This document shows positions 50,648-60,930 of a stretch of 64,000 nt of DNA, one piece after another. The DNA comes from Zygnema circumcarinatum SAG 698-1b (taxonomy: Eukaryota; Plantae; Zygnematophyceae), in contig CM074804.1 in assembly GCA_037447605.1 (NCBI GenBank), forward strand, positions 6,735,909-6,799,908, read 5' to 3'. The position numbers and the translations under genes were made by a program. Within the stretch, counting starts at the first letter, position 1; the number at the start of each line of letters is the position of its first letter. The notes beneath the pieces were generated by a model. The model saw only the letters and a program-made list of their open reading frames with translations. It ran no database searches and was not told the DNA's origin.

Positions 50648-52427
50648 CTACGCCTGAAATTCCTCGTTGGCAAGGATTTCCTCATATATATCATCGTGCT
50701 CGGGCGGATCAGTTGCCCGAATGAAAGCAAGCTCGAAGAGCAGAGCAGCAACAGCTGCTCCGATGAAGGGGCCCAGCCAGTACACCCAGTGATGGTCCCA
50801 ATTCCCACTCCAAACCGCCACGCCGACTGTTCTGGCAGGGTTCAGAGATGGCCCGGTCAGAGGTGCTCCGAAAAGCACGCCAACGAACACGGCCAAGCCA
50901 ATGAGGTAGGGCGCCAAAGTCTTGTTGCCGCGGGGGTCGACTGCCGTACCCCATACAGTGAGGACCAGCACAAAGGTGAGGATAATCTCGACCTCCAATC
51001 CGTGGACCGTGGAGACGCCGGGAGCGAACGAGTGCGATCCAAGGCCATGCTGCCGAACATCCACCCTCAACAGGTCAACGCATCAGCTCCGCTGCTCTAT
51101 GAAACATGCATGCACAGGTGTGTGTTACTCCTGCAATCTTTCCTTGGGGTATGTTCGCACAAAGCAGCTTTGACGTCCTGCACTGTTGTTGCATTCCAAA
51201 TCTGATATATTGCTCATTTTTTACAAGTAGGATTTTCCAGCCACACGCATTAATGGGTTCAACTTGTCGCAAACAGAAACAAACAGAAAAGGATCCCAGG
51301 CCTCTCCCAATGCAAAGCATTACCACCTTTTTTCCCCATATGAGAGACAAAAGGAAGCCTCCTGCAATGGCGCCAAGAAGCTGCGCAACCCAGTAGGCTA
51401 TGGCTGCGAGGACGTCGAGCCGCCCGGTGAGGAGGAACCCGAGCGTCACAGCGGGGTTGACATGGCCGCCGGAGTAAGCAGCCGCAATGGCCACAGTCAA
51501 AGCGATAGTGATGCCGTGGGCGAATGCAACTCCCAGGACATAGCCAGAATCCGTGCTGCCCCCAGTGATCTTCGCTGCAGCATGGAAAGGCACACAAGAA
51601 ATTTTGAGATAAGGTTGCACACGCAGAGGTCCTGTATTCCCACGCCGTGCATGGAGGAGGCCACGTGCAGTAATGGTGAGTTGATGGAGGGAAATCTCGT
51701 TTTTCTGCCTGGTACATTCCTTTGATTTTTTCATTATATAAGTCTGCAGACAAGCACACTTATATGGAACACATTTTCGGGGTAATGCGGGCAACACGCC
51801 GGTTAGGAAAGTGTCGAAATGGCAAAAAAACGTAGAAAAGTTTAGCAGATCGATAGAAACGAGAATAACCAGATAAATTGCACGCAATGGGTTTTGCAAG
51901 GAATTTTTTTTCTTCATATAAAATGTATAGCCAGAAGTTCTACTTATAAAAAGACAACCTTGAAGTGAGAATACTGTCACACAAACAACTCCACTGACGT
52001 ACAACCAAAAAATCGTCCATAAATAAATGAGCGAAATCTTCAAAAGAGGGAACATTGGGAAAGAAGTGCTTGTGGAACGTTCAAATCAGGATGCAAACTT
52101 CAACTGTTCGTCAAGCAGCACCGCGGCAACTCGGCTCCCGCTCCAGCCATGCCTGAACTACCATGTTGCATCCCCATGAGTCGCAGAGCACGCACAGAAA
52201 GACTCCACAGAGCCCGCGCTGACGAAGACGAAGACGAGCAGCGCGAGAAACTCCGCCGCCGCCGCCCTCGCCACGCCGTGCGCGTAGCCCCCGTCCACAG
52301 TCCGCGGCAGCGCGCGCGTGCCCGTGGCCAGCGCGGAGGCCTTCGCCTTGCGGAACACGCGCTGGCGGGCGCCCCCCTCCCGCCCGAACACGGCCTCGCG
52401 GAAGGCATCCTGCGCGGCAGCAGCCAT
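50648..52427 (-). CDS. Aquaporin, TIP-like major intrinsic protein A (293 aa, 3 exons)
   Basis: Exons 52427-52196, 51574-51327 (248 nt) and 51049-50648; AAAAEFLALLVFVF, SGGHVNPAVT, TGPSLNPART, HWVYWLGP. Confidence 0.95.
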
Positions 52428-53161
52428 GGCGGCCGCGCGTGCCTGCTTCGTCCGGGAGGGAGGGAGGGAGGGAGGGAAGAAGGGAGCAGCCTCGCCCTGT
52501 TGCCACCACCGTACGGCCCTGCCCGCCCTACGGTATACTTGGCGCCAGCCCGCAGGCTGCCCGGGAAAGAAAGTTTTCGGGACGGGCCCCCCGCTGCCCG
52601 CCTGCGTGCACGTGGCAGCTCCATGTGATACTTTTACATGCGGAGGATGCCTGCGGCCGTCACGTGTCCGCGAACAAAATCCATTTGACAAGGTCTATGA
52701 GTGGTATGTCCAAAAGTATCCCGCCACGTGTATTCAATTTTAACTCGATGCACACGTACGCACTTTCGTAATTGCGAAGGTTCTCCCCCTGCCCGGATTC
52801 AGCGTACCGACGGTCCCGCAAGGGGGTGCGTGGCGAGTGCAGATTGGCTAAACTCTCATCACGACACGTGGCGCCGATCGGGGACACGTGGACGGGCACG
52901 AGCTTCCAGCGTCCCCCGGGCGGTCCCGGGTCCCGCAGGCGCCGCCACGTGGTCCCATCCGATCGAGCGCGGTGGCGCCGTCCGATCCGGCGGCGGCACG
53001 TGTGACGAGCGCCGGGTCACCGTTGAAAGAGGGCTAGAGGGCCTTCCCCGTCCGCACTCCCACGGCTGCTGCTGCTGGCTGCTGAGTGGGAGAGAGGGAG
53101 CGAGAGAGAGAGAGAGGGGGAGAGGAGGGAGAGAGAGGGAGAGAGAGGGAGCGGGGCCGCA
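52428..53161. promoter_or_regulatory. Shared 734-bp bidirectional promoter with seven CACGTG G-boxes
   Basis: CACGTG at 52609, 52661, 52725, 52865, 52885, 52946 and 52997; several are in ACGTGGC/ACGTGTC ABRE context. Confidence 0.65.
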
Positions 53162-54766
53162 ATGGCATCACGGAACGAGATCGCGGAGCGCCTGCTAGGC
53201 GACCGGAATGCGGCGCCGCGGCGCCTCTTCAGAAAGGCGCGCGCTTACGCCGCCGCTCCGGCGGTGCGGCTGAAGCCGGAGGCCATTGACGAGCCGTACA
53301 AGAACAATCTGCTCAAGGCGGCGGCGGCCGAGTTCGTGGCGCTGCTCGTGTTCGTTTTTGTCAGTGCAGGAACTGCGGTTTCTCTGAGTACGTGGGCACG
53401 GAAGGATTGGCCGGTCTGTCTGAGCGTTGCCAGCTGAACTTGAAAGTATTCTTTTGATGTTTTTTTTCTCATCTATATGGACATGGTTCTGGGACATAGT
53501 TACGATTCAACACGTAGCCAAGTAGCTTCAAGGGCACTGTCTAAAGTGGGGGTGATGGCTGTGGGCTTATCGGAGGTTCCAAGGTAGAAGAGAAAAGTAC
53601 GCATTGCACGGGCAATTACATCTTAGGGGAAAAATGTCTGAACTAGTTTCTCTGCACATACAATCGGCGGAAGCCAACTAAACTGGACAACGATGAGTGT
53701 TCCATGCGAGGCGTTTCTCCAGGCCATTCTGCTATTTGGTGTGAATTCATTCAAGATATTCTGTGTCTTAGGAAGATGAAAAATGTGGTTAATCTTAACG
53801 TCCGCACTTGCTTTCTATCGTTTCCCCCCTTGCAGCTGATGTGAACGCTGGAAAGACCGATGCCGCGCTTGTCGTGGGTGTGGCCCTCGGGCACGGCATC
53901 ACCATCGCCCTCACTGTGGCCGTCGCCGCGGCGTACTCGGGAGGGCACGTCAACCCGGCCGTCACTCTGGCCTTCATCCTCACCGGGCGGCTGGACTTCC
54001 TCGCGGGAGTGGTGTACTGGGTGGCGCAGCTCCTTGGGGCGACTGTCGGAGGGTTCCTGCTGTACTCCATCTGGGGCACGAAGGTATGCTCCGCCTTAAC
54101 GCTTCCGGCGAAGTGAAACATAGAATAGAAATGCATAATGTAATCTGAAAACTGAACATTTGCTTTCATGTTAAATTTGAACCATTCGGGTTTGCGAACT
54201 ACCAGCAAAGCAAAAAGACTGCAATGGTGAACGGCGCTGGTGTCAGTCTATCGAAGGATATTCAGTAGGGTGTTCGTCCAATTTTTTGCTGACATTCACC
54301 ACTGCAACAGCACTAGGGCCATTCTTTCACGGTTTACTGGCATGCGGTGCTAACACTCTACCGTTGCTGCTGGCAGTGGGGCCTGGGAAGCCATGCCTTG
54401 TCGAGCGGGGTCACGGGCCTGGGCGGCGTTGGAGTGGAGCTCGCCCTCACTTTCGTCCTAGTCCTCACCGTTTGGGGCACAGCTGTCGACCCGCGCGGCA
54501 ACAAGACCCTCGCCCCTTACTTCATTGGACTGTCCGTGTTCGTCGCGGTCTTGTTCGGGGCCACCCTCACTGGGCCGTCCCTGAACCCTGCTCGCACGTT
54601 CGGCGTGGCTGTCTGGACCTTCAACTTCAACCATCACTGGGTTTACTGGTTGGGGCCCTTCTTGGGCGCAGCCATCGCCAGCCTTGTGTACGACTTCCTC
54701 TTCATCCGGAACAGCGACCAGGAAGCCATAGATGAGATTTACGAGGAGCTCACTTCCGAGGCCTGA
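53162..54766 (+). CDS. Aquaporin, TIP-like major intrinsic protein B (287 aa, 3 exons)
   Basis: Exons 53162-53387, 53836-54083 (248 nt) and 54377-54766. Same intron positions and phases as copy A; SGGHVNPAVT, TGPSLNPART. Confidence 0.95.
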
Positions 54767-55353
54767 GCTGCTTCCTGGTTCAGCCAAACCGGGGGTCGAT
54801 GACTTTGCTGACTTGAGAGACATGGGCTGACTGCAGGAGAGGGGTTAGAGAGAGGGAGAGAGAGAGAGGGGTCAGAGAGGGGTTTCTAAAAAACGAGTGT
54901 TAGGGGCACACTACAAGGTGGCGTATGGTTTGGTACTACTGTACATAGGGGCGTCGGATTTATTCCTGATGACAGTGATAAGTTGTATCGGGCGTTTGTG
55001 TCAATACCCGGAATAAATCTTTTGGAGAACGCTTGTCACTGGGGCTCAATTCGGATGGATGCGAAATCAGAAATATTTAATGCGAGTGTGCATGGCAGAG
55101 AAAGCATCGACCGAGGAGTGAAAAAACCATGACCCGAGTTCAGTGGTCGTGTCAATTCTGACATGCGCTTCCTACCGTGTCTCAAGATTTTAAACCCATC
55201 ATTGGATTGCCTTCTTCCACCGCCTCCTCAACGCCCCTTCATTCACAGGCTCCAAAATTGTATGCTCTGATACCAAATAATGAACTCAAGAATGCCGGCG
55301 AATAATGTCTAGCGAGCGTGGGTTAAGCTCCCCCCCCCCCCCCCCCCCCCCCC

Positions 55354-55363
55354 NNNNNNNNNN
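55354..55363. other. Assembly gap (10 N) inside a poly-C run
   Basis: N characters in the sequence. Confidence 1.
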
Positions 55364-56255
55364 CCCCCCCCCCCCCCCCTGCGAACCTAATGCTGGCGGT
55401 TGTTGCGAATAAAACATTCTTATGTTGTCGTATATATATTTTTGGGTAGTGCTAAATTCACCCCTTTTTGCGATCGACACACCCCTTTTTTCAACGGGCA
55501 GATTTTAAAATAGAAAAAAAAGGATTAAAAACGGAAAATGTTTTTTTCACATCTTTTTTGCAATGATACACACCTTTTTACGTCGGGCAGATTTTATTTT
55601 TGCAACACAAGAAAAATGATATCCCCTTCACCCATTTTGAATATCTCGCCCCCCTGATCTTTTTTTTTTTTTTTCTGAGATAAGAGAATATCTACCTGCC
55701 CGAATTCGCTCGGAGCGGAAGATCCGTCCGCCATGAGATCGCTCGCATGTATGCGTCCTTCACATGTGCGGTAAATGTCAGCCGTCGATGTCCTCGCAGA
55801 TCGCACCATGACAACCGAAGATCTACAGCCGGGCTCGTCCCAGCGAATGACATGCGCCCACGTGTCCCGCCAAAGCCGCCTCAAGAGTGGGTTCGTACAA
55901 ACGTCGTACGGTCGCAACTTCAAGAAAACGCAAAATTCCGTACATTGAGAGCCTGATGCAATCAAATTTTGTCACATCACAGAATAACACGTGGCACATG
56001 ATGATTGGCTCTAGTTGCCAGTTGCGAACCGCCGCAGGCTTGCCCGTCCAGCTCATAATATTGCGGAGATCTCGGGCCCAGGACGCGCGCAGTCGCACGT
56101 GCGAGCCGGCTTTGATTGGACACGTGGGCGCGTGCCACTACAGGGCAGTCGCGTTAAATTAGTGACCATGTCGGTCCCCACATATCCCCCCGGTCAAGTT
56201 GATGTGTACGGTCAAGTCAATATCTGACTGTATTTGTCGATTATGTACTGTATAC

Positions 56256-56298
56256 GGTTTTTAGGTTTTTAGGTTTTTAGGTTTTTAGGTTTTTAGGT
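56256..56298 (+). repeat. (TTTTTAGG)n telomere-like microsatellite, about 5 units
   Basis: Directly visible ggttttta repeats. Confidence 0.85.
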
Positions 56299-56636
56299 TT
56301 TTTTGTTTCCTTCTCCTTGTATTATATTTGTAACATATTTTCCAATACGTAGGTGGATAATATCGAGATTTTGAATACATAGTAACAATTAGGGGTTTTC
56401 AAATGTCATTATATCCGTACTGGTGTCACTACTGGCGCAGGAGCTGCAGTGGTGCAATTCCGTTCCCGGAAAAAACGTCAGTATATCCATGGTGTTATTA
56501 TAAAAATGTCACTATAACGTGAGTATCCTGTACGTGGGTGGAGAATATCGAAATTTTGAATATTAGTAACAGTAAGGGCAATTCAGATGTCATTATATCC
56601 GTTGTGACGTCACTACTGGCGCAGGATCCGGCGTCC

Positions 56637-57509
56637 AGATGTTTTGTCGCGTTGCGCGTCATACGCGCCCCATCGCGGAAGATGCTTTGTCTCTTGCGAT
56701 GCGCAACCCGCGTGCCCCAGCGTGGCAGATGTTTTGTCGCGTTGCGCGTCACACGCGCCCCATCGCGGAAGATGCTTTGTCTCTTGCGATGCGCAACCCG
56801 CGTGCCCCAGCGTGGCAGATGTTTTGTCGCGTTGCGCGTCACACGCGCCCCATCGCGGAAGATGCTTTGTCTCTTGCGATGCGCAACCCGCGTGCCCCAG
56901 CGTGGCAGATGTTTTGTCGCGTTGCGCGTCACACGCGCCCCATCGCGGAAGATGCTTTGTCTCTTGCGATGCGCAACCCGCGTGCCCCAGCGTGGCAGAT
57001 GTTTTGTCGCGTTGCGCGTCACACGCGCCCCATCGCGGAAGATGCTTTGTCTCTTGCGATGCGCAACCCGCGTGCCCCAGCGTGGAAAGATGTTTTGTCG
57101 CTTTGGGCGTCACACACCCCTATGACCCAGTGCGGAAGATGTTTTGTCGCGTTGCGAGTCACACGCGCCCCGTCGCGGAGGATGTTTTGTCTCTTGCCAA
57201 TTGCCATGCGCAACCCGCGTGCCCCAGCGTGGCAGATGTTTTGTCGCGTTGCGCGTCACACGCGCCCCATCGCGGAAGATGCTTTGTCTCTTGCGATGCG
57301 CAACCCGCGTGCCCCAGCGTGGAAAGATGTTTTGTCGCTTTGGGCGTCACACACCCCTATGACCCAGTGCGGAAGATGTTTTGTCGCGTTGCGAGTCACA
57401 CGCGCCCCGTCGCGGAGGATGTTTTGTCTCTTGCCAATTGCCATGCGCAACCCGCGTGCCCCAGCGTGGAAGATGTTTTGTCGCTTTGCGCGTCACACAC
57501 CCCTATGAC
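56637..57509. repeat. GC-rich 90-bp tandem satellite with a 237-bp higher-order variant; resumes at 58349-58430 and 60573-60640
   Basis: gttttgtcgc recurs at 56641, 56731, 56821, 56911 and 57001 (period 90). Each unit is two related halves of about 45 bp starting GATG(T/C)TTTGTC. A later block repeats with period 237 (57019 versus 57256). Confidence 0.95.
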
Positions 57510-58348
57510 CAGGGTTCGTCAAATAGGGGAGATCCCCTAAATATCGTAAATAGCTTATTTATGTAAGATTTTGAGATTAGTTTACGTGATTTCAACTTAA
57601 ATACCACACAAGCCCCAAAAAAGCATTTTTTTGGTTAAAAACAAAAAGGAAATGAATTGCATTTGCAACCACGATAGCAATGATGTATATGAACTTTACT
57701 TGTTGGTATAACAACACAGCTTTAGAAACTGGTGCAACCTCTTGGACTCTTATAGATTGGTAAATTTTACCAATCAATTTGAACAACTGTGCATTTGGCA
57801 ATCACAACATATAGTTGCTTATTCAAAAACCCAATTGCTCGAAAACTTTAGATCCAATCCTAAGCTCTCTATTTCCTTTTCCATCCATCATTAATTACTC
57901 CAAGTATCACTTTAGAATCCATCATAGTCTTGAAATTTCCTCACAAAAACTCTATTCCAAATCATAACCTCTGAAATTCTAGGTGTAGTCACAAAAGAAA
58001 AACTGAAATAGGAACTAAAATTAGAAATGAAATGAAAAATGGTCCCACTCCCTTAGGAGTTTTAGCTGATCAAGACAGCTATAGAAGTGATGCAAACTAC
58101 TCAAAGAGACCCTCGAAGAGCGGTCAAACTATCAAACTGTTTGCAGTGAAGAATGCCTTCCAATGAAAAGTCTGTCAACCTCTTTCGAAACTCGTCTTTC
58201 TCCCAAACAATTCCTGTCTTCCTGTATTCCTGTCTCGTACGTACGTGTACGGTTTCGTCCGTACAGTCCATATTTACGTGTTTTTACAAAACCAATTTAG
58301 GGGACAGTCCCCTATCTTAAGCCGAAATCCCCTATTTGACGAACCCTG
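57510..58348. mobile_element. Non-autonomous hAT element (839 bp) inserted in the satellite
   Basis: Perfect 21-bp TIR CAGGGTTCGTCAAATAGGGGA; perfect 8-bp TSD CCTATGAC at 57502-57509 and 58349-58356. Confidence 0.95.
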
Positions 58349-58460
58349 CCTATGACCCAGCATGGAAGTTGTTTTGTCGCGTTGCGCGTCACACGCGCCC
58401 CAACGCGGAAGATGTTTTGTCTCTTGCGATTAGGGATGGCTTAATTACGACTATATAATA

Positions 58461-59161
58461 GGGGGCGACTATTTACAGTGTACGGATTCTGAATGTAGTG
58501 TACGATTTCGCCGGGCAGCAAAAAAAAGGTTTTTTTTGGCGAAAAATGCTGTTTCACACTTTTCAGAATAGATACAGACCTTTTTTCGTCGGATGTACGG
58601 TTGGTGATTTGAAATGTACGAAGCGCGTGCGTCTACAAGGTATAAGGGCGCAACACGTGGAGCGACATGATTGGTCGCGGCAACATATGACGTGGCAAGT
58701 ATGTTTGGGACCGTGACGTGACGAAACGAGACGCGAAAAAAGTGGAGTCCGCGGACGGCAGTCGGAAATGGCGGGAATTCAAACTGACAAAAAAAGATAG
58801 GGCACATAACGTAGCGTGTTTCAGGAAAAATCTGTCAGTTTTAATTCCCGCCATTTCCGACTGCCGTCCGCGGACTCCACTTTTTTTGCGTCTCGTTTCG
58901 TCACGTCACGGTTCCAAACATACTTGCCACGTCATATGTTGCCGCGACCAATCATGTCGCTCCACGTGTTGCGCCCTTATACCTTGTAGACGCGCGCGCT
59001 TCGTACATTTCAAATTACCATCCGTACATCCGACGATAAAGGGTCTATATCTATTCTGAAAAGTGTGAAACAGCATGTTTCGCCAAAAAAAGCCTTTTTT
59101 TGCTGCCCGGCGAAATCGTACACTACATTCAGAAAAAAGTACACTGTAAATAGTCGCCCCC
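58461..59161. mobile_element. Fold-back element (701 bp; about 329-bp inverted arms, about 43-nt loop)
   Basis: GGGGGCGACTATTTACAGTGTAC..GTACACTGTAAATAGTCGCCCCC. Arms 58461-58789 and 58833-59161 are near-perfect reverse complements. Flanks are ATA/ATA. Confidence 0.92.
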
Positions 59162-59174
59162 ATAATATATATTA

Positions 59175-60398
59175 GGGGGAGTCAGACCTTGACCATCGCC
59201 CGCGGAATTGAAAGATTCCGCCGGCGGAAAGGTATTGATTTCGATTGCAGAATTCGGATCGGAAACCGCGGCTCCCCCCGAACCTGTCTGTCCCGTCCGT
59301 ACTTCGAAATAGGTTACAAAAATGAGATACAGGCTCGGCGCCCGAGCCTGTCGAACGTCCACTTTTGGCGAAAAAGGCCTGCCGTACAACGCGGAATTGG
59401 CCCGACGGGCTCGCGGATTTGGTTTGGCGCTGGTCAAGGTCTGACTCCCCCTATTATATTATATAACTGTGACGACTAGATAACGGCTGTTATATAATAC
59501 TTTACAACGCCTTTACAACATGTACGGTCCGTACGAGTACGGCCGTACGGTCGTTAATTGTTCAAAACGAGTGGGCATAATATATGTAATAAAGTGTTTT
59601 ACTTTGTACTATATTACTACTTTTAAACCCGTTGTAAAGTATATAATAGGGGGAGTCAGACCTTGACCATCGCCCGCGGAATTGAAAGATTCCGCCGGCG
59701 GAAAGGTATTGATTTCAATTGCAGAATTCGGGTCGGAAACCGCGGCTCCCCCCGAACCTGTCTGTCCCGTCCGTACTTCGAAATAGGTTACAAAAATGAG
59801 ATACAGGCTCGGCGCCCGAGCCTGTCGAACGTCCACTTTTGGCGAAAAAGGCCTGCCGTACAACGCGGAATTGGCCCGACGGGCTCGCGGATTTGGTTTG
59901 GCGCTGGTCAAGGTCTGACTCCCCCTATTATATTATATAACTGTGACGACTAGATAACGGCTGTTATATAATACTTTACAACGCCTTTACAACATGTACG
60001 GTCCGTACGAGTACGGCCGTACGGTCGTTAATTGTTCAAAACGAGTGGGCATAATATATGTAATAAAGTGTTTTACTTTGTACTATATTACTACTTTTAA
60101 ACCCGTTGTAAAGTATATAATAGGGGGAGTCAGACCTTGACCATCGCCCGCGGAATTGAAAGATTCCGCCGGCGGAAAGGTATTGATTTCAATTGCAGAA
60201 TTCGGGTCGGAAACCGCGGCTCCCCCCGAACCTGTCTGTCCCGTCCGTACTTCGAAATAGGTTACAAAAATGAGATACAGGCTCGGCGCCCGAGCCTGTC
60301 GAACGTCCACTGTTGGCGAAAAAGGCCTGCCGTACAACGCGGAATTGGCCCGACGGGCTCGCGGAATTGGTTTGGCGATGGACAAGGTCTGACTCCCC
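59175..60398. mobile_element. Three near-identical MITEs of 276-277 bp (59175-59451, 59649-59925, 60123-60398) spaced at a 474-bp period by hAT core sequence
   Basis: TIR GGGGGAGTCAGACCTTGACCA(T/G)CGCC, TA flanks; the 197-bp spacers are identical. Confidence 0.93.
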
Positions 60399-60403
60399 TA
60401 ATA

Positions 60404-60536
60404 GGGGGTGTCAGACTTAAAAATTGTTCGTAAGTTTGAGACCAGAACGAGTACTTCGGTGACATCGCAATCCTGGTGCGGCGGAGTACTTACAAAATTT
60501 TTTTGTTCGTAAGATTTCGTTAAGTCTGACACCCCC
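60404..60536. mobile_element. 133-bp MITE with related TIR GGGGGTGTCAGACTTAA
   Basis: ta|gggggtgtcagacttaa..ttaagtctgacaccccc|ta. Confidence 0.85.
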
Positions 60537-60930
60537 TAATGTAATCGGACTTTATAACGCGGGCCATCCCTACTTGCGAATCTTGCGATGCGCAACCCAC
60601 GTGCCTCAGCGTGGAATATGTTTTGTCGCGTTGCGCGTGACATGTGTCGTGCCACCTGTAAGTCCGAGTTCCATGTGTTCCTATCGTCCTCCACACAAAA
60701 AACAACAGGCTGGCGGGGCTGGTGGCCGCCAATCAAGCCGAAGGCAAACCGCCGAAGACCGCGATGTTCCCCGCCATTCCCGCCGCCCAGATCGACGGCT
60801 CGCATGGCCCAAAGCAGTACCCCTGCGCCGCCACCCGCGCACGCACGCAAGCTTGCGAGGTATATAGCCGGCGCGTCGACTGCATGAGGGCGTGCAGCTG
60901 GAAGCGAGGAGGCGAGTGGGAAGCGCAGCC

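Larger units (their letters stand above)
58431..60572. mobile_element. Expanded copy of the 34011-34403 hAT family carrying nested insertions
   Basis: TAGGGATGGC..GCCATCCCTA termini; TSD CTTGCGAT/CTTGCGAA (7 of 8). The internal core aligns to the reverse complement of 34030-34165 and 34295-34380. Confidence 0.88.

Noticed and set aside
50582-52743. Plus-strand ORFs of 140-207 aa and the 326-aa minus-strand ORF with a long N-terminal extension
   Set aside because: Antisense shadows or intron read-through of aquaporin A; the spliced three-exon model explains the homology.
56498-57566. ORFs up to 298 aa with 30-aa repeats
   Set aside because: Products of the 90-bp satellite, open in several frames on both strands.
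57592-58200. Possible transposase remnant (..FSLEGILHCKQF..) inside the 839-bp hAT element
   Set aside because: Too short and interrupted to assign without a database search; not listed as a CDS.
58469-59163. Paired similar ORFs on opposite strands
   Set aside because: Mirror translations of the fold-back arms.
56637-60400. CRISPR-like appearance of regular repeats
   Set aside because: Units are contiguous or separated by identical, not unique, spacers; no cas genes; eukaryotic context.
59129-60433. Three repeated ORFs of about 100 aa (MTIARGIERF.. and MTSAKPNP..)
   Set aside because: They lie inside 277-bp MITEs, occur on both strands, mostly rely on non-ATG starts and show no transposase motif.
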